Shown: positions 48,937-60,956 of the stretch, in pieces
Layout: the number at the start of each line of letters is the position of its first letter
How positions within the stretch are numbered: position 1 is the stretch's first letter
From: Phyllobates terribilis
Lineage: Eukaryota
Length of the DNA stretch: 64,000 bases
Assembly: GCF_046119375.1 (NCBI RefSeq)
Contig: NW_027362773.1
Location: 200,756,001 to 200,820,000 of the forward strand
Reading direction: 5' to 3'
Notes under the pieces: generated by a model
What the model saw: the letters and a program-made list of their open reading frames with translations, nothing else
The model's database searches: none
Told to the model about the DNA's origin: nothing
Program-made: the position numbers and the translations under genes

Positions 48937-51900
48937 CATCTTTAGTCCCCAATGTTTCATCAGCATTAGCAAGACTGAATAATAGCAGAAGAAAAAGGGG
49001 CAGTTGTCTAAGGAACTCGGTATTCAGCAGCCTCCACCATCCTATCCTATGTTCCATTTAAACACTATATGGAATTATATTGAATCCATATGGCTGTATT
49101 GTGTTAGCGTTTAATTGAGACATCTCGCCTCAAGTCATGCCTTTTCTTGAATAAGCGGTAGCTCACACAGGCGCAAACATCGGACGAGTGCTTTCCGATG
49201 TTTTATCGGATAGCACTCAGACCAATGCTGTTCTATGAGACCGTGCCGATTCGGCATGAGAAAAAAATCGTAGCTCAGATCTGATCGCACTCACTCATTC
49301 AAGTCTATAAGTGAATGCAAAATACTGGATTGCACTCGGATAACGCGAGTGTAGTCTGATTTCCGCGGTGTCAAACAATGGAGAAGATGGAGAAATTATA
49401 TACTCCATCTCCTCCTCGCCTGTGCTATGATTCTCTCATTCAGAGAATCAGATCACTCTATTGTGACACTCGGCTCAAACTCAGATCAAAGTTTGATCCG
49501 AATGTCATTTCCATAATCGATCCGATTTTTTTGCTTGAGAGAATCTACGCTCATTTGACCCAGGCCTAAAAGGGAAAGGATGTTGGAAGATATACAATCA
49601 ATTCCTTCCCTTCTAATATATACAGTTTTCACCTTTGCACATCTCTGAAGCACATAAAAAAAGTTTGCTTTAACTTTTTTGATGCTGATGGCCAATAGAA
49701 TATAACCTTAAGAGTGTGGGAAGGAGTAATCTAGTTTTAGAAATTCCTTACCCTATAGTCCTAAGTGTAGCAATGATGCTAAAAAAAACATAGAGCGCAA
49801 ATAGGGTCTTATCTTACCTTGGCAGAGGAAATACTTGTTTCACGTCTTTGTCCTACATTTCCATGATCTTAAGGGGTGTTGATCACTTTATAAAATATTT
49901 TTGACTAATGATGGTTCAAGTTCTAAGACCCGACTTGATCCTTTAAAAGATAGCGCTTTAGCGAACAGATGAGCATAGTGCCCATTATATATTGATCGGA
50001 TTTGCTTGGCTAATTTTTGGGGAGCTGATCTGGCAAGAAAATATAGGAGCCCATACATTGACCTCTCAGTTTTCCGAGGAGAGCCAAACAAAGATGTTTA
50101 TGTCTTAGGGGCAAACCCTCTACAGAGACTTCTGTACCTTTATTTTAACAATCAGGAGGGGGGTCTATAAACAGAATATACATTTTAAGTAAAAGCAACA
50201 GCAGAATTGCTGTGTTTGCCATTTTTTATAATAAAGTACTAAAAAAAAATAACCAAATGTTTCCCCAAATTCTGGGGGTGTAATTCATCCAGGAAAAACA
50301 AGCTCTCACACAGAATTTAGTAATTTTGATTTTACCAATATTTTAACTGATGAAGTTCCCTGTTTCAGGGTTTTATGTTGCATGTTTTACCTGAAAATAG
50401 CAAAAAAAAGCATAATACCAAAATATCCAACCTATAAACCTTAAGACGTTTTTGACCTATATAAAAAAAATCCATTTAAGGATCAAAGTTAAAACAACTT
50501 GGAGACCTCAAAATTAGTAAATGTAGGAGAACTGTTAGAATCTATGTTGCTTTACTTTTCGGCCATCTTTTTGTGGTTTGCTGGCTTCTAGTCTTTTCCT
50601 CTGGTGCTGGGTGTCTTGTTCACGTGATCTCCTCACTCTTTATTACTCAGCACCTGTCTCCCATTCCTTGCTGGACTTCAGTGTTGTTAAGCTTAAGGAC
50701 GATGAGGACGGTGAATTTGAAATTTCTTGCATTTTGAATTCCAGGTGGCATAGAGGGAGATTACAGTATCTTGTGTCCTGGATAGTTTTCGGCCCAGAGG
50801 AACAACACTGTTGTGTTGTTCGGCCCCTGGACTTCAGTGTTATTATGCTTGTGCTCTGGCTAATTTGCATTGTTAGTTCTTTGTGCTTAGGACAATTGAT
50901 ATCCTGGGACTTCTGGTTCCACCAGTTTTGTTTCCTTAAATCTTTGTTTCTGCAGCTAACTTCTCTTTTAGGAGGTCACTTATGTTTGCTCCCAGTCCTT
51001 AGATCTTTTAGGTACTCCCTTTCCCTCTCTTAAGGTCTTCGTTTGAGTTCAGTGCAGGTTCGTCGGTGGGGCTATTCAAAGGAATAGGGCACCCACCCCA
51101 GTGTAAGGTTTAAGAGGAGTCTCAGTGCAGGGACAGCTTTTCCCCCCTATTCCTTAGGTCCTAGTTGCAGAATATAACAGTATGTCCAGCCCCATTTAAA
51201 AGCAAAAAAACAAAAAAAGTTTTTTTTTTTTTTTTCCTCTTCCTGGGTTTTCTTTAGTTTGAGTACCATCAACGCTTGCAAGGGTTGACTCTGGAGATTG
51301 CCGGTCTTCAGCAGTACGTGAGAAAATACCCTGCAGAACACTATTAAGAACCTAAGGTAGGATTACCTGAGTGTTTCTCGGGGAAACAACAGGATTTTTT
51401 TTCATTTAAAAATGCTTCTTTGTTGTATTTTCGGATCAGACCTAGATCTTCTGGGAATGAACTACAGCGTCTAGGGATTATTATGTCTCTATTGCGTAAA
51501 GAACCACAAATCTGGGTGTCTTCCTTGACTCCTGATTAGAGATGAGCGTTGTTCTACTCGAACTGTTCGCCAATCTCAAATTCGAGCTGTTTTGGGCGGT
51601 GTTCGAGCCGGTCGGCGAACACGAACAATTTGAGAAAAATTCGGCTGTTCGAGGTTATGTTCGATAACTGTTCGTGCACCAAAATCATAACTGGATTTTT
51701 TCTCAGTAATGATGAAAATTAATGTTAATACGCAGTTTGAGTGTACAGCGGGGCGGGGGGAGGGGCAGGGGATGGATCTCTGCAGGAACAATGAAGATCT
51801 CCATTTTTTTTTCTCTTTCCCGCATTTGCAGTGGGGAGGTGCAATCTGTCAGCCTATCAGCAGCGCACACACGGAGCGAAGTGCTTTTTTTCACACAAGC

Positions 51901-52451
51901 AAGGGCATGTGTGATTTGCATTGTATGTCACATGTCCTTGCCCTATAAGACCAAGCCATTTTCCCCGTCGCCACCATTTTCTCACTGCTGCAGCTGCGTG
52001 TTAGACGGCACCGCTGTTGCTGTGTGCGCTATACCTTGTTAATTTCAAGCCAATTTTCGCACAAATATACAGATAGCTTGGGAGTAGGGAATAGTTGTGA
52101 TTGCAGTCCTTTTAAGGACTAGGTTACAGCATTTCCTACGACTTTTATCAGGCAGGTCTGTGCTCTTAAATAGATTGTGGGAGTAAAGACTAATTGTAAT
52201 TGGAGTCCTTTTCAGGACTAGGTTACATCAGTTCCTATCAGTTTTTGCCAGGCAGGTCTGTGCCAGTGCTGTGCAAGTTTTTTTCACAGCATTTGGCTGA
52301 ATCTAGCAAAGCTAATCCTTTTTGGCCTATTGCAGAGTGTGTTAGTCAGTGGAGTAGCCTATCTGTGTTGCAAGATATACCACCTGTGTATAGAATACCA
52401 ATTTTTTTACTGCACCTAGTGAAGTAAAATCTTTTGGGCATAGCATCATTC

Positions 52452-54385
52452 TATTAGTCCATCTATACTGACCTCCATCAGGTTGCAAACTGAATATAAT
52501 TTTTTTCTGCATCTAGCTCTGAAAAAATATTTGGGCTTCTAGCAGTGTGTGGGACTTGGTCTATTAGTCCATCTATACTGACCTCCATCAGGTTGCAAAT
52601 TAAAAATAATTTTTTTCTTCATTTAGCTCTGAAAAAATATTTGGGCTTCTAGCAGTGTGTGGGACTTGTTCTATTAGTCCTTCTATACTGACCTCCAGCA
52701 GGTTGCAAATTGAATATAATTTTTTTCTGCATCTAGCTCTGAAAAAATATTTGGGCTTCTAGCGGTGTGTGGGACTTGGTCTATTAGTCCATCTATACTG
52801 ACCTCCATCAGGTTGCAAATTAAAAAAAAATTTTTTCTGCATCTAGCTCTGAAAAAATATTTGGGCTTCTAGCAGTGTGTGGGACTTGGTCTATTAGTCC
52901 ATCTATACTGACCTCCATCAGGTTGCAAATTAAAAATAATTTTTTTCTTCATTTATCTCTGAAAAAATATTTGGGCTTCTAGCAGCGTGTGGGACTTGTT
53001 CTATTAGTCCATCTATACTGACCTCCATCAGGTTGCAAATTAAAAATAATTTTTTTCTGCATCTAGCTCTGAAAAAATATTTGGGCTTCTAGCAGTGTGT
53101 GGGACTTGGTCTATTAATTCATCTATACTGACCTCCATCAGGTTGCAAATTAAAAATAATTTTTTTCTGCATCTAGCTCTGAAAAAATATTTGGGCTTCT
53201 AGCAGTGTGTGGGACTTGGTCTATTAGTCCATCTATACTGACCTCCATCAGGTTGCAAATTAAAAATAATTTTTTTCTTCATTTATCTCTGAAAAAATAT
53301 TTGGGCTTCTAGCAGCGTGTGGGACTTGTTCTATTAGTCCATCTATACTGACCTCCATCAGGTTGCAAATTAAAAATATTTTTTTTCTGCATCTAGCTCT
53401 GAAAAAATATTTGGGCTTCTAGCAGTGTGTGGGACTTGGTCTATTAATCCATCTATACTGACCTCCATCAGGTTGCAAATTAAAAATAATTTTTTTCTGC
53501 ATCTAGCTCTGAAAAAATATTTGGGCTTCTAGCAGTGTGTGGGACTTGGTCTATTAGTCCATCTATACTGACCTCCATCAGGTTGCAAATTAAAAATAAT
53601 TTTTTTCTTCATTTAGCTCTGAAAAAATAATTGGGTTTCTAGCAGTGTGTGGGACTTGGTCTATTAGTCCATCTATACTGACCTCCATCAGGTTGCAAAT
53701 TAAAAATAATTTTTTTCTGCATCTAGCTCTGAAAAAATATTTGGGCTTCTAGCAGTGTGTGGGACTTGGTCTATTAGTCCATCTATACTGACCTCCATCA
53801 GGTTGCAAATTAAAAATAATTTTTTTCTTAATTTAGCTCTGAAAAAATATTTGGGCTTCTAGCAGTGTGTGGGACTTGTTCTATTAGTCCTTCTATACTG
53901 ACCTCCAGCAGGTTGCAAATTGAATATAATTTTTTTCTGCATCTAGCTCTGAAAAAATATTTGGGCTTCTAGCGGTGTGTGGGACTTGGTCTATTAGTCC
54001 ATCTATACTGACCTCCATCAGGTTGCAAATTAAAAATAATTTTTTTCTGCATCTAGCTCTGAAAAAATATTTGGGCTTCTAGCGGTGTGTGGGACTTGGT
54101 CTATTAGTCCATCTATACTGACCTCCATCAGGTTGCAAATTAAAAATAATTTTTTTCTGCATCTAGCTCTGAAAAAATATTTGGGCTTCTAGCAGTGTGT
54201 GGGACTTGGTCTATTAGTCGATCTATACTGACCTCCATCAGGTTGCAAATTGAATAAAAAAATTTTCTGCATCTAGCTCTGAAAAAATATTTGGGCTTCT
54301 AGCGGTGTGTGGGACTTGGTCTATTAGTCCATCTATACTGACCTCCATCAGGTTGCAAATTAAAAATAATTTTTTTCTGCATCTA
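52452..54385 (+). repeat. 110-bp tandem array (about 18 units) in hAT-A copy 2
   Basis: CTATACTG at 52463 ... 54333 (17 intervals of 110 bp). Confidence 0.95.
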
Positions 54386-54501
54386 ACCCAGCCAATAGTT
54401 TTGGCCTAATACCACAGTTTGGCCACTCAGCTCTGCTCGGTTACCATCCATTGTTTTTTTGTGCAAACAACTCCAGAGTTGTGAATTAGTTAACCACCAA
54501 A

Positions 54502-57500
54502 ATGAGTGGAAAAAGGCCTGCTGCTGGTGGAAAGGGGAATAGGCGTGTTGGGAAGGGGAAAAAAGGTTGTGTCCGTGGGATAGGTGCAGAAGAAAGACCA
54601 TCTTCCAGCCAAACTAAAATGTCTACTTCTTTTAGCGGACAATGTGATAAGATCCCTTTCTTACGGCCACGCCAATCGCTACAAATTCCAGATGAGGCAC
54701 AAAAACAGCAGGTGCTTCAACGGATATCAAGTGCTCCTTTAAGTGGGCTCTCCTCCACATCAACTTCAACATCACAAATACTCCAGTCCTCAAAGGTGTC
54801 ACCCAAATCGCACTTGCTTCCTCACAGCTCCCAAATCTCCAGCTGCCCGTCTGAGTATGAGGTAGAACAGATGGTTGAGTCTGCAGAGCTGTTTACTCAT
54901 ACTATAGCCTGGGAATCAGAGGTCGACTCCAGCGCTTCTGTGAATCCAGACGAGGAAATGATCTGCACTGATGCCCAGAATCTTTATGAGTCGGATCCAG
55001 GACCAGACGCAGAAGGTTCTGACCATAATGTAGACCCTCATTCCCAAACTGTAACTCCTGTTGGTGGAGACAATGAGGAAGACGATGATAAGACTCAAAT
55101 ACCTGATTGGAGCGACAACTTTAGTTTTTTGTCAGGGCAGGAACAGGTTGGCTCTGAGGACGACGGGTGTGATAACGCACAGGGTGATGATGATGAGGTC
55201 GGAGATCCCACTTACTGTCAACCCACAGTCAGCCAAGAGATGAGGTCAGCAGAGGAGGTGGAGGAAGATGCTAGTGACGACGAGGTCAGGTTGCGCCTTC
55301 CTGGACAGAGACGTAGTACTGGAAGCACGTCAACAACTGCATCCTCAAACACAACTCTGCCTCTCACCACAAGTCGTGGTGGCTCTTCAGGTCGCATGGG
55401 TGCTAAGCCTTGCATAGCCTGGGCATTTTTTCAGATCGATAAAGATGACCCAACTCATGTTATCTGTAACATTTGTCAGCAAAAGCTAAGTAGAGGCCAA
55501 AAAATACATAGTTTGAGTACTTCATGCATGAACCGGCACATGGACATGAAGCATAAGTTGCAGTGGGAAGCTCAATGTGCTACAATGCGGTCTAGCCGGC
55601 CGGGCCAACCACCGTCTGCCATATCTTGTGCATCCGCGGCCTCTTCATCCTCTGTGACTGGGGGGACAGCAGTCACACCTGTTTTGGGGCGCAGACCTGC
55701 CACCTCTTTACCCGCAACAGCCAGCGTGATTGGCAGGTCATCATTTTCTTTGGAGGTGGTAACACCAGCTGGTCTTGAGCGCTGTCCGACATCGATAGCA
55801 CCACCTTTGGATCAAGGCAACCTAACATGTCCGCCTGCATCTTCCTCACAGACCGGCAGTTTGCCGGGGACACCCTTATCAACCCCGTCTAAGCACAATA
55901 GCCAGCCCTCGGTCCCTCAGATGTGGACAAGTAAAAGACCATTTCCTCCTAGCCATGAGAAAGCTAAGAGGTTGAATTTCACCATCTGCAAGCTCTTGGC
56001 TACAGAAATGCTGCCTTTCCGCCTGGTGGACACAGAGGATTTTCGAGACCTTATGTCCGTCGCAGTGCCCCAGTACCAGATGCCCAGTCGGCACTACTTC
56101 TCAAAGAAAGGTGTGCCTGCGCTCCACCAGCATGTCGCACACAACATCACCGCTTCTTTGAGAAACTCTGTGTGTGACAGGGTGCATTTCACCACAGACA
56201 CTTGGACGAGTAGGCATGGACAGGGGCGTTACATGTCGCTGACTGGGCACTGGGTAACTATGGTGACAGCAGGACAAGGGGCTGCTGTCCAAGTCTTGCC
56301 GTCCCCACGAGTTGTGCGTCAATCCTCTTTATGTCATTTTTCCTCCACTGCTTCTGCCTCCTCAACCTCCTCTCGGTCTTCCACCTGCACCCAAAGCCTG
56401 TCTGGTCATGCCACAAGCTTTCTAACTGCGCAGAAGGGATCCTGCACACCTCCTTACTATGCTGGCAGTAGGGCTCAACGTCATCAGGCGGTTTTTACAT
56501 TGAAATGTCTGGGAAATGTGAGTCACACAGCTGAGGAGTTGTGGTCAGCTCTGGAGAACCAATTTCATGAATGGTTGTCTCCACTGGACCTGAAACCAGG
56601 GAAGGCCGTGTGCGACAATGCTGCAAACCTGGGTGCGGCCCTTCGCCGGGGCAATGTCACACACGTGCCTTGTATGGCTCACGTGTTGAACCTGGTTGTC
56701 CAGCAATTTTTAGCCCACTATCCCAGACTAGATGGCCTTCTGCAGAGGGCACGGTCGCTGTGTGCTCACTTCCGCCGTTCGCATCCCACAGCTCAGCGAC
56801 TTACATCTCTACAGAAGTCGTTGGGCCTGCCACTTCACCGGCTAAAATGCGATGTGCCTACCCGGTGGAATTCAACTCTGCACATGTTGCAGCGACTGTG
56901 GCAGCACCGACAAGCCCTGGTGCAATACGTTCTGACGTATAGCCTGGGCCAACGCGATTCAGAGGTGGGGCAAATCACGCTGGAGGAGTGGTCTCAGATC
57001 AGGGACCTATGCACCCTTCTGCACAGTTTAGAAATGGCGACGAAGATGTTTAGTGCTGACGATGCCATTATCAGCATGACTATTCCGGTGATTTACATGC
57101 TGGAGCACATGTTAAACAGAATTCGGAGTCAGGTGGTGGCACAAGAGGAGGTGGAGGAAGTAGAGGAGGAGGAGTTGTATGCGGAAGGGCTAACATCTGC
57201 AAGGTCCAGACGGTCGGCAGCACCAGGGCGGCAGGCATGTGAGGGTGGGGGAGATGATTTTACCAGGGCGCATGGTAGCAGCCAAACTAGTGAGGAAGGT
57301 GCAGGAGCCCAGGAAGAAGTGGAGGACGAACTGATGGAAGACTCATCAGATGAGGGAGACCTTGATCACATTTCTGTTGTGCGAGGTTTGGGGGAGAGGA
57401 CAGAGGAAGGAAGCATGATTGTTACCTCGCCACCAACACAACAGGGACTTGGTGCTCCTGGATGCGCAACACACATGAGTGCCTTCTTGCTGCACTACCT

Positions 57501-57777
57501 GCAACATGACCCTCGAATTGTGAGAATTAGAAATAATCCTGACTACTGGGTTGCCACACTGTTAGATCCCCGGTACAAAAGTAAATTTGCAGAAATTATT
57601 CCTGCCATAGAAAGGGATGCACGCATGCAGGAGTATCAGCAGAGACTGTTGCAGAATCTTACATGTGCTTTTCCACAAAATACCAGTGGTGCACGTAGTG
57701 AATCTCACAGTTCCAACTTGCCAACCGTGGTCTGTATGGAATTGTTCAATAAAGGGCCCAAAATTAAGATAACATAG
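54502..57777 (+). CDS. C-terminally truncated hAT transposase (1091 aa; lacks the catalytic E and dimerization region)
   Basis: Collinear with copy 1 up to ...SSNLPTV (57730), then 15 L1-antisense-derived residues. Also has a 21-bp in-frame N-terminal deletion. Confidence 0.88.
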   Translation: MSGKRPAAGGKGNRRVGKGKKGCVRGIGAEERPSSSQTKMSTSFSGQCDKIPFLRPRQSLQIPDEAQKQQVLQRISSAPLSGLSSTSTSTSQILQSSKVSPKSHLLPHSSQISSCPSEYEVEQMVESAELFTHTIAWESEVDSSASVNPDEEMICTDAQNLYESDPGPDAEGSDHNVDPHSQTVTPVGGDNEEDDDKTQIPDWSDNFSFLSGQEQVGSEDDGCDNAQGDDDEVGDPTYCQPTVSQEMRSAEEVEEDASDDEVRLRLPGQRRSTGSTSTTASSNTTLPLTTSRGGSSGRMGAKPCIAWAFFQIDKDDPTHVICNICQQKLSRGQKIHSLSTSCMNRHMDMKHKLQWEAQCATMRSSRPGQPPSAISCASAASSSSVTGGTAVTPVLGRRPATSLPATASVIGRSSFSLEVVTPAGLERCPTSIAPPLDQGNLTCPPASSSQTGSLPGTPLSTPSKHNSQPSVPQMWTSKRPFPPSHEKAKRLNFTICKLLATEMLPFRLVDTEDFRDLMSVAVPQYQMPSRHYFSKKGVPALHQHVAHNITASLRNSVCDRVHFTTDTWTSRHGQGRYMSLTGHWVTMVTAGQGAAVQVLPSPRVVRQSSLCHFSSTASASSTSSRSSTCTQSLSGHATSFLTAQKGSCTPPYYAGSRAQRHQAVFTLKCLGNVSHTAEELWSALENQFHEWLSPLDLKPGKAVCDNAANLGAALRRGNVTHVPCMAHVLNLVVQQFLAHYPRLDGLLQRARSLCAHFRRSHPTAQRLTSLQKSLGLPLHRLKCDVPTRWNSTLHMLQRLWQHRQALVQYVLTYSLGQRDSEVGQITLEEWSQIRDLCTLLHSLEMATKMFSADDAIISMTIPVIYMLEHMLNRIRSQVVAQEEVEEVEEEELYAEGLTSARSRRSAAPGRQACEGGGDDFTRAHGSSQTSEEGAGAQEEVEDELMEDSSDEGDLDHISVVRGLGERTEEGSMIVTSPPTQQGLGAPGCATHMSAFLLHYLQHDPRIVRIRNNPDYWVATLLDPRYKSKFAEIIPAIERDARMQEYQQRLLQNLTCAFPQNTSGARSESHSSNLPTVVCMELFNKGPKIKIT

Positions 57778-59552
57778 ATGGGAGAGGTCTCTATGAATAG
57801 GAATTCCTAAGTATTTGATACCCTGTGAGGGCCAGGCAAAGGGAAAGTTGGACTGGATGGAATCCTATATGGATTTAGGGAGGGAGACATCGAGGGCCTC
57901 AGACTTCGCTGCATTGATTTTAAAATTTTACCATGTAACAAAGTGATCTATTTCAGCCATAACAGCAGGGATGGATATATGTGATTGAGTGATATATACT
58001 AGGACATCATCAGCAAATAGAGAGCACTTGTACTCGGTGCCTCCCACCTCAATCCACCTAATATTGGGGTTATGGCGAATTGATGAGAGCAGGTGCTCCG
58101 TCACTAGGATGTATAAGAGAGGGGACAGAGGACATCCCTGCCTTGTCCCATTGGTGATTGTGAAAGGTGATGAAAATGTTCTGACGCACCCCCTGGGCCT
58201 TGGGACACCCGGAGCCGGACCCTTTTTGGTGGATGCTGGTGGTTGTAGTCTTCGTGGCGGCGATCCGGTTCCGTGGCTCAGGGCGGTCAAACCAGTGGCG
58301 GAACTATTTATGTGGTTTTGATGTTTAAATGTCCGACTACGCCACCCGTGGATTGCGGTCAGAGTGAACCGCCGCTACAGGGCAGACCGCTAAGGCTGGT
58401 GTTGTGGGTGCAGCAGAGCGTAGCATAACTCCCCACGGGAGGAGTATAGCCTCAGGGCAGTGTATGCGGAGGATGGGGGTGATGGTGCAGGGCAGCAGCA
58501 GTAACGACACGGAGTCAGTGATGCAGTTCAGGGCCTTTACTCACAGTTCTTATTATCCAGACCATGTCTGCAGGTAACGGCTGCCCACGTAGTACTGTGC
58601 TCACCAGGTGAGGGGCTCAGACAACTCCCAGATAACTTTGGAGCGCTTCACAGGACCCCCTTTGTGTGTCCTTTGTCTGGCCTTTCTTACCAACACTTCT
58701 GTCCGGCTGTCTCGGGCCTCCTCTTGGTAAACTTGGCGCCAGTTTCCCTGACCCTATGTGGTGCCTTCCTAGCGGGTGGAGCAAGGGGCTGCGCCACATA
58801 AAATGTCAGAGCCTCCGGTTTCTAGCTGAGGGTCGTTTCCTGCCTCCACTAGTTCGGGGACCGGTCTCCCCCTTTGGCCTGACCCCTCCACGCAGGTGGA
58901 TTCGGGCGTGCGGTGGCGACTCGCCCGTCCGCACCCCTGGGATCCCTTCATTCCTCGTTCCTGGAGCCTTCTCCGCTCCTCTTCCTTCCTTCTCCCTCTT
59001 GCAGGCCTGGGCCTCTGTTACTAGGCCCGCCTCCGGAGCAGAGCTCATGCAGAGCCCCTGCTCCCTGCCACTTCTGCTCAGACTTCTCTGCACTGAACTA
59101 AGATGGTGCCCACCTTTTATACTCCCTTCTCAATGCACCCAGGAACTGCTTCCTCCCTGCTCCTGCACTGCAGGGTTCCCCTTCCTCAGTGTTCCCTCCC
59201 CCCACTCCAGCCAGGGACAGGGACTGTCGTGCCCATCTCAGGGGCATATTGGTCGCCCTGCCCCACGGCAATGTGGTGTAATGCATGCAGGTGTCGGGTC
59301 CTGATCCACACTCCATCCTTATCTGAGAGTGAGATATCACACCTCTGGGTGAGGTGCAATACGTCTGTAGCAACCGAGCCCTCGGTGCTACAGTTCCATT
59401 TATCTTCAGCCTAGGTGACGTATTGTGATACAGGGCCGTGATTTTGGCTATAAAAGGGTCCCCTAGACCCCTACCCCAAGCTTTTTAAGAGAATCATATA
59501 TGGCGTGCCAGGAGACTCTATGGAATGCTTTCTCAGCATCCAACGAGAGTAT
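57731..59552 (-). mobile_element. L1 RT fragment (cargo) containing the solo LTR at 58182-59392
   Basis: GTRQGCPLSPLLY and FADD in ORF 57928-58290; LTR TSD GTTC at 58178-58181 / 59393-59396. Confidence 0.88.
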
Positions 59553-59656
59553 CTACTTACAAATTTTTAACTGCATCTAGCCCAGGAAATACTTTGTGCC
59601 TAGTAGCAGTGTCTGCTAGTCAGCGGATTATCCCGGCTGTTAAGCAAGCTACACCA

Positions 59657-59928
59657 CCTGTAGTTTGGACACTTAATTTTTTCAAAGGAAATGCTTCGGG
59701 ACCACGGGATACTTAGTGAAGAGCATCAGGAGGCACCCCAAGGCATAGGGGCTGGGACTGGCACTAGGATGCCTTGCGGTGGACAGCCGAGCTCGATCCT
59801 TATAAAAGCTTTTTAACTGCAGCAGCTTTAGTGGACGCTACTGGAGCTGGAATTACGCGGCTGCTGGCATGAGACTTGCCCTCCAATAGATCCTTGTAAA
59901 TGGATTTAAAGTGTATTCATTCAAATTA
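59657..59928 (-). pseudogene. 18S rRNA-derived fragment in hAT-A copy 2
   Basis: Near-identical to 10595-10867, with a 1-bp deletion in the ATTACCGCGG core. Confidence 0.87.
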
Positions 59929-60956
59929 GAGGGACAATTTAAATTAAAAAGCTTAGAGCTGCCTCCACCACAGGGGGGCTCTCTTGACCCACCAGCGGAC
60001 AGGCACCAGTATTGGGAGAGGGGGGCTGGCCGTCAGGGTTCACCGCGGCTCTGGCACAAACCCGGCGACACGGAGGTGGCACGGGCAGGAGCGGACTGGC
60101 CGTCTCGGCTTCTCACTTTTTGGATTTTAGAAGGGCATGACATGCCTATATCTGTGTCTCCCCCTCCTTTTACTCCTCCACCTCTTTTCTTTTCGCATGA
60201 CTATATGTACTTGTCACTTTTCCATGTGTTAGTTGTGTCTTCTGAGCAGTTTGTCAGCTTTTGGACACCTTTGAAGGTGTTTTCTATGTGTTTCTATGTG
60301 TTTTTGTTTGCCTGCCATTGGTTTTAACGGTGTTCGAAGGTGTTCGACGAACAGTTCGACGAACAGTTCGGCGAACACACGGGTGTTCGACGAACCGAAC
60401 CGAACTCGAACACTACGGGGGTGGCTCAACACTACTCCTGATGATCATTGTTTGAGGTCTGTGGAGGCATTTTTTGATGCCATGGGTTTGCTGTATGATG
60501 ATCCTGATTGGGTTAAATCAGCTGAGGCAGTGTTCAGTCGTCTCAAGCAGGGTTCTCTTGATGATGAGAGTTATTGAACCCTGTTCAGACGATGGTCTGC
60601 GCAGATCAGGTGGAACGACCCTGCACTCCAGTTTCAGTTTCTGGCAGGCTTGAGTGAAAGGGTTAAAGATTTTCTCATTGCATTCCCTGCACCTGATACT
60701 TTGCAAGTTGCCATGCAGTTAGCTATCCGTGTGGATAGAAGGTTGAGGTCCAGATAGAATGAGGAGAAGTTTCCTATATTGCTGGATTCTTTTTCTCATA
60801 TTTCTGCCAACACTGGGGAACCTATGCAGGTGGGAGCAATGTCATCCCGTTCCAAGGAGAGGGACAGGAGGTTCTCTGAGGTACTTTGCTTGTATTGCGG
60901 TAAGGCTGATCATTTTTTAAAGCAATGTGACGTTAGCTTAAGGAAAGAAAAAAAAA

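Larger units (their letters stand above)
51537..60434 (+). mobile_element. hAT family A, copy 2 (internal deletion derivative)
   Basis: Same ends as copy 1; perfect 8-bp TSD CTCCTGAT (51529-51536 / 60435-60442); inserted into Gypsy gag. Confidence 0.96.

Noticed and set aside
51537-60434. Segmental duplication or assembly duplication of 661-11373
   Set aside because: Homology stops exactly at the TIRs, the TSDs differ, and each copy has private substitutions and indels.
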